Source of the DNA: Clostridia bacterium | GTDB lineage: Bacteria > Bacillota > Clostridia > UBA1381 > UBA9506 | Assembly: GCA_045534415.1 (NCBI GenBank) | Contig: JAZSJR010000222.1 | Location: 1-29,383, forward strand | Length of the DNA: 29,383 nucleotides | Reading direction: 5' to 3' | Shown here: positions 16,980 to 26,319 of the stretch, piece by piece | Numbering within the stretch: position 1 is the stretch's first letter | How the letters are laid out: the number at the start of each line of letters is the position of its first letter | The notes under the pieces: generated by a model | The model's database searches: none | The model's input: only the letters and a program-made list of their open reading frames with translations | What the model was told of the DNA's origin: nothing | Made by a program: the position numbers and the translations under genes

Positions 16980-18485
16980 ATGAAAAATGCAAAAAAACTT
17001 TTAGCGTTGATTCTTGGCATTATCCTAGCCATGGGCTGCCTGTCCGTTTCAGCGGCAAGCAGCACTCTTGTTGTCGAAGAAGCGCCTGCAAAAATGGTTT
17101 ACGAAAATGATTTTTCAGGACAAACTGTTGACACCGAGCATATTGCGTTGCCTGACGGCGGCGCAACCGTACAGTCTGACGGTCTTTTGACAGCCGACAA
17201 CATTGTGGATGTTAAATTTGGAACATTTTACGCAGCAAAAGAGGGCATTCCTGAACCGGTTTATTTTGAATTTACTCTTTCAAACGTCGGACTTACCCGT
17301 TATTCAACTCCCTATGTGCGTATTTACCTTTTAGGAAATGGAAATACTGACAACGATATAGTCGGCGATATTCGTTGGCTTGGTGGTAGTCAGAAATTGC
17401 GTATGGTAAGTGCCAACACCTCTGTGGCAAATCACATAGATGTACCATGTGGCAACACTATCCCTGTTAAAGTTAAAATGAACCCGGCTACAGATGCTTA
17501 TGCAGTTTGGGTTAACGGGGAGGAAGTGCTTTCGGAAGATGCCGGCAAGAACTATGCAAAGGATGATTTTGACCGAGTTACAGGCTTCTATATTTCCATG
17601 AGCGGAGCACTGGAAAAATTAACAATGGATAACCTTAAAATTTATACCGAACAGGCAGCAAACATTCCTGCTCTTTGGGAAGAGATTTCACACGAAGACT
17701 TTGAAAATGATATGACAACAGCTCAAAATCATGGAAAAGTAACTCTCCATAGTGCATCCGGAGTAAGCCATTCATGGAAAGATGGTAAGATTACATCCAC
17801 ATCAAATGGAAAAGCATGGGACTATGCTTTAACAGATGATAACGGCGATGCAATAACCGGTGAATATGTCGTGGAAATTAGTTTACCGAAAGATTCATCA
17901 AGTACCAACAGACATCGTGTATATTTATATGAGAACATGTATATTGCTTGGACATCTAATTCCACTTATGGCGGGATTATGGTTAGACATTGGGCTCCAA
18001 ATGATGATCAATACCAGATTGGTACTAATAACGCACAATTCAACGCAGAAGACACTCTTAAAATAACCGCACTTATCAACACAACAACTGCTAGCATTAA
18101 GTTTTGGTTTAACGATATTTATGCATACGAACATACATTTAACGATACTGTTATGACAAGTGCAAACAGTAAAATACGTTTTCAACCATACGGTACAGCC
18201 AGCGTTGGCGACATTCGTGTTTACAGACCTGTTAAGGGCTTGATGAAAGCAGAAACCGACAACACCGTTAAGTTTGCAGCAGACAGCGCAAAAACCGGCC
18301 GTCTGTACTTTGCAACCTACACCGGTGCAGATGAAACAAAATCCTTAGCCAACCTGGGTACAGCCGCTATGAGCCTGACCCCTGGCAAGGTTTACACTGT
18401 TTCCAAGGCAGATTGGGAAGGTGCAACGGTATTCTACTGGGACAATGATTTAAAACCCATTGTTGATTCCTGGACCATTCAGTAA
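16980..18485 (+). CDS. Secreted 501-aa protein with two putative jelly-roll/lectin-like domains and a short C-terminal domain
   Basis: Signal peptide ending in VSA. Both domains align by eye to the first two domains of the 2535-aa protein. The C-terminus is RLYFATY...VFYWDNDLKPI. The fold assignment is inference. Confidence 0.8.
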   Translation: MKNAKKLLALILGIILAMGCLSVSAASSTLVVEEAPAKMVYENDFSGQTVDTEHIALPDGGATVQSDGLLTADNIVDVKFGTFYAAKEGIPEPVYFEFTLSNVGLTRYSTPYVRIYLLGNGNTDNDIVGDIRWLGGSQKLRMVSANTSVANHIDVPCGNTIPVKVKMNPATDAYAVWVNGEEVLSEDAGKNYAKDDFDRVTGFYISMSGALEKLTMDNLKIYTEQAANIPALWEEISHEDFENDMTTAQNHGKVTLHSASGVSHSWKDGKITSTSNGKAWDYALTDDNGDAITGEYVVEISLPKDSSSTNRHRVYLYENMYIAWTSNSTYGGIMVRHWAPNDDQYQIGTNNAQFNAEDTLKITALINTTTASIKFWFNDIYAYEHTFNDTVMTSANSKIRFQPYGTASVGDIRVYRPVKGLMKAETDNTVKFAADSAKTGRLYFATYTGADETKSLANLGTAAMSLTPGKVYTVSKADWEGATVFYWDNDLKPIVDSWTIQ

Positions 18486-18496
18486 CCTGTCCTCCG

Positions 18497-18659
18497 TTTC
18501 CGGATGCATAACCTACTGTGCACCGGAAAAGTATATACATATCACGCGCCCTCCCAACGAGGGAGGGAGCAACCTTATGTTAAAGAGAGAGCCCACGCAC
18601 AAACAGAAATACATTCTTATGTTTTTCTGTTTGCCTCCAAAAAGGGGACAAACAGAAAA
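18497..18659 (+). promoter_or_regulatory. Structured 226-nt intergenic leader upstream of the giant lyase
   Basis: Hairpins at 18497-18529 and 18549-18567, plus two overlapping, mutually exclusive hairpins at 18600-18633 and 18623-18659. Confidence 0.55.
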
Positions 18660-18711
18660 GCAAAAGAAATAAACGCTTTCTATAGCTTTCATATTTTTCA
18701 GGAGGTACATT

Positions 18712-21700
18712 ATGAAAAAAACCATTTATAGGCTATGTTTAGAATTTCTGGCTTTGGCACTTTTGTTGCCTATGGCTTTTGCTCTGCCCGTCTCGGCAGA
18801 AAACCAAAAGCCTGAGGTTTATCTTGCCCAATATGAAGATGATTTTACTGCCGACACTCCCAATGAGCGCATTGAACTTGGAGCTAGCGCAGTTTATGGT
18901 GGTGGAAAAATTGCTGCAAGTGGCGCCGAGGCAGCTGACCGCTGGTTTAAAATCCACTTAAACCGGAACAAGGCTGCAGCGGTGGGTAATATTGTAACAG
19001 AATACACCATTAAGCAGACCGGTCTGATGTCCTCCTCTGATGGACAGATTCAAATGTTCCTTTTATCTGCTGCCGACAGCATCATCGCCGATATCCGCTG
19101 GCGCAAAACCAGTCATACAAGCGCAGATATCAGAATCGGTGCTACCAGCGGTGCATTGTCTCTGCCTATTGCTACCGACACTTCTGAACTGACAATTACA
19201 ACACAGTATAACACCGTTACCGAAACCCTTTCCGTTTGGGTGGGGGATGAAAAAGTGATAGATGACAGCTCTGATTATGTCAAGGTAACGCAGGGCAATG
19301 CTGCATGTGTATCTTTTAAAACAACTACCGAAATGACCATTGAAGTGGAAAGCTTCAAATGGTATTATGCAGAAGCGGAAGGTCTTCCTAAAGTGCAGAG
19401 AACTCTGGTACACGAAGACTTTGAAACCGATGATGAAACCCCCGAATCAACCGATACTGTAACCATCGGCACTGCCGGAGTTAGCTATATAACCGAAGAG
19501 GGTGCTTTAAAAACCTCTACCGCCGAAACCGGCGGAAAAACCGCCTTCACCCTTAACCTGACAGAGGACGGCTCTGCCCTTACAGGCGAATATGTCATCG
19601 AGGTGCTTCTGCACAACGCAGACGGTGGGGAAAACTCTCACAGACTTTGGTTTGACTCTAATATGTATCTTGCCTGGAACCCGAATCTCTCCGGCCTTAG
19701 ACTCGATTACTGGGATGCCGGCGGCAGACATCAGAACGATTTATCCCCCAAAACCATTAACGATTTTGGTGCAACAGGAAGCGCCCTGAAAGTAACTGCA
19801 AAATTTAATACAGAGGAAGGAACGGTCAAACTCTGGCTCAACGACAGGGAAGCCTGGGAACATACCTACCCCGCAGCTGATGCCTCAACTTATACCTCCA
19901 TCTCTACTGTAAAACTATCACTTTATAAAGGTAGTGTCGAACTGGCTGATTTTCATTGCTATCGCCCGGTACCGAAGCCCATGACTGACGAAGAGAAAAT
20001 TCAAAAAGTTGCCGACGGGCTTGCTGATACTGTTTTTTATGGACCTCTAACAGCAAACGGCTATCTGGTTGATGACTTAAACCTAATTGAGTCCGGTGCC
20101 AACGATGTTGACATCACCTGGTCCTTATCTGACGGTGCTGACCAGTTCATTGACCTCTCTACCGGCTATGTGACCCCCGGCGAGACAGAGGCAAATGTAA
20201 CCCTGACAGCAACGCTAGAATCAGGAAGCACCACCGTTACCAAACCCTTTACCTTTAAAATTCCGGCATTAGGTGCTTCTGTTGACGGAACACCGGCTTT
20301 CTTAACCATGGCCCGCCGTGAAGAATTTGATGCGTTTGATGCCGATACCATGGCATTTACAAACGGTGCGGTTGGTCATGTTGAGGTGACAGACGGCAAG
20401 CTGAATATTTCTACCAGTGCTTCAGATTCTTCTGCCACAAAAGCCAACATTTATCTCACCAAAGAAAAGCGTGAGATTACCGGCAAATTTGCTATGGACT
20501 TTGTTATGGAAAAGCCCTCCACCTGCGAGGGACCGCAGGCAACTCTGACAAATGAAAGCGGTGCCTGGCTGAGTTATTTGCGTTGGTACACAAACGGTAT
20601 GGTCAGATTTTTCTACCCCAATGAAGAAGGCGCGAGAGCCTATACAGACTTTGCGGCTGCAGATTTTGGAATCACCAATAAGGTTAAGGTTACCATAAAG
20701 GTTGATACCGAAGCCGGCCTGATGACTTTATTGTTAAACAACAAGGTTGCCGCAGAAAATTATAAATTTATGACTGCAGGGCCGATTTCCAATGTGCTGT
20801 TTCTTAAAGATAACGCAGTGTTCTCTTCTCAGATTGAACATCTACGTTTCTATTACACCACAACAGATGATGAGCGTGCTGTCCGTCTTGATGCGGCTGA
20901 TTTAACCTATGATTTACTGTTTAAGTCAGAAGAAATTTTAGACGGTGTTATTGCCTATGATGTGGACCTGCCCACAAGAGGTATGCGTGGCACTACCATT
21001 ACATGGGATTCTTCACATCCCGAGATTCTCTCTAACGACGGCGTTGTAACAAGACCTGACGTTGACACTGAGGTAACTTTGACAGCCCTGGTAGAGGCGG
21101 GAGAGGAAGATGAAACAGTTCAGATTAAGGTTACGGTTCTTCGCAACGGAGAGGGTGACCTGGTCATTTTAAAAAAGGACTATGATACCCTTACCTTAAA
21201 AAGCATTTTAACCGGCTCTTTAGTGGGAACGGACTTAATCAGCGATGACCTTGATTTATACACCATAGGCCCCTATGGCAGCACTATTAGCTGGGCAACA
21301 AATGACGATACTTTAATCAAGGCAGATGGTACGGTTATCAGACCTGAAAATCAGGAGGGTAACATCTATACAACCATTACCGCAACGGTCATAAACGGCG
21401 ATTACAGCCTGTCAAAAGAATTCCGTTTGGGTGTTCTGCCTGAAACCTATACCTTTGATAACATTCCTCTGCCGGAGCGGTACGAAACCGTTTATAAAGC
21501 AGAATATACCACCCATACAGACGGCTGGTCCTCCAGCTCAGAAGAAACATCCATCTCCGGCTACTTCGTTGACGATTGGGCAACCTGCCGTGGTTGGGGC
21601 GGCCGCATTGTTGAGCATGACGGTTATGTTGAAATGACCAGAGAACGAGTGCCCGCAGAGGGTCAGGCAACCAGATTTATCTATCCCCTGCAGCCCTCGG

Positions 21701-24700
21701 CTCAGGCTATTGGCGACCTGGCGGTTGTGCAGTACTCTATGACTAAGGAAGGCACCGGCGAAATCAAACAGCAGTTTGACGGCGGTAGCACCCAGATATA
21801 CTGGCAAAATAATAATACCTTCAGAATTCGTCACAGAGATGATGAGGGCAATTTAACTGAATCCTTTACATCGGCTTATACCGGTACGGTTCAGGTAACC
21901 TTTATGACCGATGAAAAATCGAGAACCGTAACCCTGTGGCTGAATGATGATTGTGTTTTATACGAAGCAAAGCCTTATAGCGCAACCGCTGCAGCAATGC
22001 TCAGCCGAATCACCACAGATATTGAAGGCAGCAATTTCCTGACCCTTAAGTTAACAGAATATGATACCTTTACCACCTATCCCACCGCTCATAAAAGACC
22101 GGAGCAGGATAAAATCTGGCTGACAGAAGATTTGATTCGTGACGGTGTTCCCGCACCGGCATCCGGCAAGCTTGCCAGCGATTTAAATCTTGTAACCGAA
22201 GGTAAGTACGGCAGCACCATCACCTGGGAAAGCTCTAATGAGGACTACATCACAAATGAAGGTATTGTAACCCGTCCTCCCAACTGGCCCAACGAAGAAG
22301 AGGTTACCATGACGGCAACCATTTCTTATGGTTGCTTCGCTGCAATCAAGAAATTTACCTTTAATGTTATGCCCTATTACACAGAAGACGAAACGATTGC
22401 CGAAAAAGATGACGAGTTCCTTTGTGCAGAAAACTGGAATTTCTTAACCTTTAACGATACCAGTTTTGATGCCGTAACCACCAGCCTGAATCTTTTGGAT
22501 AAAGGTCCTTACGGCAGTACTTACTTATGGAAAACCAACAATTCAAAGGTGATTACCGAAACAGGCCGTGTTATCCGTCCCTATTGGGATGGTTCTCCCC
22601 AAACAGTTACCATGACGGCAGTCATTGTTTATGGTACAGCGGTCAGAACCAAAGACTTTACCTTTACTGTTCTGCCGGATGAAATGCTTTATGACCCCAA
22701 ACACATGAGCGATGAAGATTTCCTCGGCGTATGGGACGGAAGTGACTGGTCAACAGAGGGTAAAATCGACTATGGCTACGGCAGAAACCTGGGCAAGGTA
22801 GAAGCAGCAGCCAAAGCAGGGGATTATACCCTTGCAAAAGAAGAGCTTCTTGCTTATATGAAGAATCGTTCCGCAAGCTTTGCGTCGAAGCCTCTCACCC
22901 GTAACTCCGCGTATACGGAAGCCTTTATTATGAGCGGTATTCGTGATAGTGAGAACCACAATCATTTTGCAACAATTGGACCGGTTACCTCTCACGAATA
23001 TAAGGAACACATCTTCTCCCTGAAAAACAGCGTTGTAAAAGGTGCTGTTACAAACTATAAGGTGGCAGCCCGGTATAATGAAAAGTCAACCGCTTTAGTG
23101 CTTTCTTCTGAGTACCACATGGAAAATATGCGTCCCAGAGTAGAAGTCATTGTTAATGGTTCAAAGAGAACCTATTACACCTGCGGTGACACCGTTATCC
23201 GTGGCGGTCAGTATGAATATACAAATTTCTCTGACCTGACTGAGATGCCTGTTACCTATTTCGGAGACCTCCAGAGTGAAGGCTTATCTGACCTTTTATT
23301 GCAGTTTGACTTTACAGACATTAAGCAGACTGACGATGTAACGGATGTATATTTGTACTTATATGCAAAAATTGACGAACCCTATGCAAACTCCAAGGAA
23401 CTGGTTGTTTGCCGCGAAGGTACTGACTGGAATGCTTCAACCGTTACCATGAGAAGTATTACCGAATATACATTTAACTATAACGGTCTTCCCGGCAAGG
23501 ATACCTGGAGAAACGTAGGGAATGCAGAAAGTGAATACATTCTGCAGAGTGCCCGTTTCAGCAACCACTCAAATGCAGCGGCAGAATATGCCTACACCGG
23601 TAACGAAAAGTATGCTTACACTGTTATCTGGGACTTAATGGACTTTATCATTGATACTCAGGGCCGATTTGTATATAACGAAGAAGTCAGAGCCGGCAGA
23701 GTCCCCAGCTCATTAGACTGGGAAGATTTAGGTGATGTTGTTCGCTATGGTGCATATCCCCGTGCGCTAGATTTGGGTCTTAAACTAGAGAGCATTGTGA
23801 ATATGTTCGACGTTCTGAAAAAGAGCCGGTATATGACACCGGACGCTTGTACAGCTATTTTAAAGAATCTGTGGCACGGTGCCAACGAACTTGATATTTT
23901 CTTAAATGACCCGGCCAACGCCGGTTTGGGTGCAAACCAGAAGATTCTGGAAGCTGAATGCTATTCCACAGCCGCAGCCTTTATGCCGGAATTTTCTGCC
24001 TCAAAGGATTTCATTAAAAACTCTATTGAGATTACCCAAAACCTGATGGAAGCCAGCTTCTTCCCCGACGGTTCTTACATTGAAGGTTCTGACGGTTATA
24101 CCTCAATGGCTCTTGACCAGTTCTATCAGTTCTGGGAAAAGATTTTAATTCTGGGCTATGACTACACAGACGAAGCCAAAGAGCTTCTTTCCAAGGCAAC
24201 CCGCTATGTGGCAAACCTTGGCTCTAACGGCGGTGTCAGCATCGCCTGGGGTGATAACGGTAAGTCAAGAACCCGTATCACTGAAAAAGGACAGAACTAT
24301 TATGATTTGACCCATGATGAGATTACATATTTCATTAATACCTATGGCAGAAAGGGAACAATGCCTGACTGGACATCTCAGTTCTACGAAGGCAATATGC
24401 TGGCCATTATGCGTTCTGACTGGTCAGATGACGGCACCTATCTCTTTATGCCAAGCAGTAGCTTCCAGACTCATAGCCATTCAGATGCAAACCAGCTTAT
24501 TTTAAACGCTTATCAAAGAGCGTTGCTTATCGACGGCGGTTATTATAACTATGACGGAGGTCCGGAACGCGATTTTGTAAAGAGTACCCGCGGTCATAAT
24601 ACCGTTGAAATTGACAATACCTCACAGGCTCTTGTATCGGGTATGGGTACTAGCATCCTGACGCTTCTGAGCGAGAAAAACAGTTGGGTCAGCAATGCGA

Positions 24701-26319
24701 ATTACGACTTCTGTAGTATCACAACTCATTCTAACAAAGCACAGGCCGCTGATGACTTAAATAACTGTGTTGACCACAGAAGAACAGTTACCTTCTTAAA
24801 ACCCAATATCATCATTGTATCTGACCGGATGTCGCCGGATATGTCTATTCCGGAAGAAGCAGCAAAGCCCCATAGCTATAAACAGCTTTGGCATATGTCT
24901 GCACAGGCCACCCAGGCAGCAGACGGTAGCATCAACAGTAATGCAGAAAAACGCCAGTTCTTCTCAGACTTTACCTCTGGTGCTCAGATTAAAATCGCAT
25001 CAGCGGATACCGATGCTGAAATGATGAAAGCAATGGGCTATGACACAGAAGCATGGGGCGTTGGTTCTGTGGCTCCCTATGGGTATTACAGCAAGGAAAA
25101 CATCTTAGGTCCTGAAACTTTTGACACTGTACTCCTTCCTTATAAAAACCAGGGAGATGTAGTTGCTGAACACATCAGTTTAGGCGATGACATCGAAAAT
25201 CACGATGCGACCGCAATGAAGATTACGGTCACTATTGATGACGAGGTCAATTACATTTACTATATGCTGGATTACGGTCACACAACCGGCGGAGTTCACG
25301 CCTTTGCTGACTACACCTCTGATGCAGAGATGGCTTTGGTGAGAACTTCAGAAGATGGCGAAATTTTAGAAACTATTCTCTATAACGGCAGCTATATCAA
25401 GACAACCAGCGACGAAACCCTGCTTTCTGCCGGTGCTCAGGTAGAGGCTTTGTCCAGCACTATTGTAGGAAGTAGCGCTGAGATTTATACCTCCAACGAT
25501 GTCAACATTGAGAATGTTTCTATTAAGACCGGTAACAGCATTCAAACCGTTCTCTACAACGGCAAAACGGTAGAATTTGAAATCACCGACGGAATGCTGA
25601 CTCCAAGCAACCAAGAATCCAATGAGGTTAAAAACGACCCTAGCGCCGACAAGGGCGGCGTTATGGGTGGTAGCGGCGGTGCAGCCGGCGGCGGTTCTGA
25701 AAAGCCCGGAGAGTCGGAAGAGCCAGGCAAAACGGAAGAGCCGGGAACCGTTGGCGGCGAAGGAATCGGAAAAGCAGTCTTTGATGATATTGATAACCAT
25801 TGGGCAGAAAAAAGCATTACCAGAATGGCAGAAGCGGGCATTGTTAAGGGCGATGGGGAAACCTTCCGTCCCGATGAATCCATCAGCCGTGCAGAGCTTG
25901 TCACGATGGTTGCCAGAGTGTTGAAGCTAGAGATTGACAGTACGGAAACAGAATTTTCTGATGTGCCGGCTGAAAGCTGGTATGCGCCGTATGTAAAAGC
26001 GGTGCTTGATATGGGAATCATTTCAGCGGATACCCATTTCCGCCCCAATGACTCCATTACCCGTGAAGAAATGAGTAAAATTCTTTCGGCTGCAAGTGCT
26101 TTAATGACAGGTGCCGATATGAAGGTCCCCGAAGATTTCAGCACAACCTATCAAGATACAGATGCGATCAGCGAATGGGCAAAACCCTTCGTTCAGTACG
26201 CAAGTTATAAAGGCCTAATGAACGGTATGGACGGCGGTAATTTTGCACCCCGTCAAACCGCAACAAGAGCACAGGTTGCTACCGTGCTTGACAGAATGCT
26301 TTCAAGCAAAACAAACTAA
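18712..26319 (+). CDS. Giant SLH-anchored modular polysaccharide lyase, heparinase II/III (PL12-like)
   Basis: 2535 aa: a signal peptide; four putative lectin-like domains; five Ig-like repeats (G..G..I.W.S....I...G.V.RP....VT.TA); a DNRLRE/CBM96-like segment (GDTVIRGGQY..TNF..LQFDF..YLYLY); lyase motifs GANQ, DGSYIEGSDGY, HSHSD..LLIDGG..Y..STRGHNTVEIDN; a Gly/Pro/Glu linker; and three C-terminal SLH domains. Confidence 0.88.
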   Translation: MKKTIYRLCLEFLALALLLPMAFALPVSAENQKPEVYLAQYEDDFTADTPNERIELGASAVYGGGKIAASGAEAADRWFKIHLNRNKAAAVGNIVTEYTIKQTGLMSSSDGQIQMFLLSAADSIIADIRWRKTSHTSADIRIGATSGALSLPIATDTSELTITTQYNTVTETLSVWVGDEKVIDDSSDYVKVTQGNAACVSFKTTTEMTIEVESFKWYYAEAEGLPKVQRTLVHEDFETDDETPESTDTVTIGTAGVSYITEEGALKTSTAETGGKTAFTLNLTEDGSALTGEYVIEVLLHNADGGENSHRLWFDSNMYLAWNPNLSGLRLDYWDAGGRHQNDLSPKTINDFGATGSALKVTAKFNTEEGTVKLWLNDREAWEHTYPAADASTYTSISTVKLSLYKGSVELADFHCYRPVPKPMTDEEKIQKVADGLADTVFYGPLTANGYLVDDLNLIESGANDVDITWSLSDGADQFIDLSTGYVTPGETEANVTLTATLESGSTTVTKPFTFKIPALGASVDGTPAFLTMARREEFDAFDADTMAFTNGAVGHVEVTDGKLNISTSASDSSATKANIYLTKEKREITGKFAMDFVMEKPSTCEGPQATLTNESGAWLSYLRWYTNGMVRFFYPNEEGARAYTDFAAADFGITNKVKVTIKVDTEAGLMTLLLNNKVAAENYKFMTAGPISNVLFLKDNAVFSSQIEHLRFYYTTTDDERAVRLDAADLTYDLLFKSEEILDGVIAYDVDLPTRGMRGTTITWDSSHPEILSNDGVVTRPDVDTEVTLTALVEAGEEDETVQIKVTVLRNGEGDLVILKKDYDTLTLKSILTGSLVGTDLISDDLDLYTIGPYGSTISWATNDDTLIKADGTVIRPENQEGNIYTTITATVINGDYSLSKEFRLGVLPETYTFDNIPLPERYETVYKAEYTTHTDGWSSSSEETSISGYFVDDWATCRGWGGRIVEHDGYVEMTRERVPAEGQATRFIYPLQPSAQAIGDLAVVQYSMTKEGTGEIKQQFDGGSTQIYWQNNNTFRIRHRDDEGNLTESFTSAYTGTVQVTFMTDEKSRTVTLWLNDDCVLYEAKPYSATAAAMLSRITTDIEGSNFLTLKLTEYDTFTTYPTAHKRPEQDKIWLTEDLIRDGVPAPASGKLASDLNLVTEGKYGSTITWESSNEDYITNEGIVTRPPNWPNEEEVTMTATISYGCFAAIKKFTFNVMPYYTEDETIAEKDDEFLCAENWNFLTFNDTSFDAVTTSLNLLDKGPYGSTYLWKTNNSKVITETGRVIRPYWDGSPQTVTMTAVIVYGTAVRTKDFTFTVLPDEMLYDPKHMSDEDFLGVWDGSDWSTEGKIDYGYGRNLGKVEAAAKAGDYTLAKEELLAYMKNRSASFASKPLTRNSAYTEAFIMSGIRDSENHNHFATIGPVTSHEYKEHIFSLKNSVVKGAVTNYKVAARYNEKSTALVLSSEYHMENMRPRVEVIVNGSKRTYYTCGDTVIRGGQYEYTNFSDLTEMPVTYFGDLQSEGLSDLLLQFDFTDIKQTDDVTDVYLYLYAKIDEPYANSKELVVCREGTDWNASTVTMRSITEYTFNYNGLPGKDTWRNVGNAESEYILQSARFSNHSNAAAEYAYTGNEKYAYTVIWDLMDFIIDTQGRFVYNEEVRAGRVPSSLDWEDLGDVVRYGAYPRALDLGLKLESIVNMFDVLKKSRYMTPDACTAILKNLWHGANELDIFLNDPANAGLGANQKILEAECYSTAAAFMPEFSASKDFIKNSIEITQNLMEASFFPDGSYIEGSDGYTSMALDQFYQFWEKILILGYDYTDEAKELLSKATRYVANLGSNGGVSIAWGDNGKSRTRITEKGQNYYDLTHDEITYFINTYGRKGTMPDWTSQFYEGNMLAIMRSDWSDDGTYLFMPSSSFQTHSHSDANQLILNAYQRALLIDGGYYNYDGGPERDFVKSTRGHNTVEIDNTSQALVSGMGTSILTLLSEKNSWVSNANYDFCSITTHSNKAQAADDLNNCVDHRRTVTFLKPNIIIVSDRMSPDMSIPEEAAKPHSYKQLWHMSAQATQAADGSINSNAEKRQFFSDFTSGAQIKIASADTDAEMMKAMGYDTEAWGVGSVAPYGYYSKENILGPETFDTVLLPYKNQGDVVAEHISLGDDIENHDATAMKITVTIDDEVNYIYYMLDYGHTTGGVHAFADYTSDAEMALVRTSEDGEILETILYNGSYIKTTSDETLLSAGAQVEALSSTIVGSSAEIYTSNDVNIENVSIKTGNSIQTVLYNGKTVEFEITDGMLTPSNQESNEVKNDPSADKGGVMGGSGGAAGGGSEKPGESEEPGKTEEPGTVGGEGIGKAVFDDIDNHWAEKSITRMAEAGIVKGDGETFRPDESISRAELVTMVARVLKLEIDSTETEFSDVPAESWYAPYVKAVLDMGIISADTHFRPNDSITREEMSKILSAASALMTGADMKVPEDFSTTYQDTDAISEWAKPFVQYASYKGLMNGMDGGNFAPRQTATRAQVATVLDRMLSSKTN
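19987..22677 (+). repeat. Five diverged Ig-like domain repeats inside the giant gene
   Basis: Approximate units: 19987-20268, 20866-21144, 21150-21441, 22096-22374 and 22385-22677. They share L.L...G.YGS/T.I.W..G.V.RP..VT.TA..F.F.V.P at protein level. Confidence 0.8.

Noticed and set aside
18497-18659. c-di-GMP or T-box riboswitch in the lyase leader
   Set aside because: The GCAAA/GAAA/GACGCAAA pattern and the T-box consensus are absent, so only generic hairpins are supported.
25699-25749. Degenerate 18-nt tandem repeat (EKPGES/EEPGKT/EEPGT)
   Set aside because: It is an ordinary Pro/Glu linker before SLH domains.
25366-26144. Minus-strand ORFs inside the catabolic, SLH and lyase genes (e.g. 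25366-25800, 25554-26144, 11294-11674, 16375-16737)
   Set aside because: They are antisense or alternative-frame by-products of codon bias in long genes and have no independent support.
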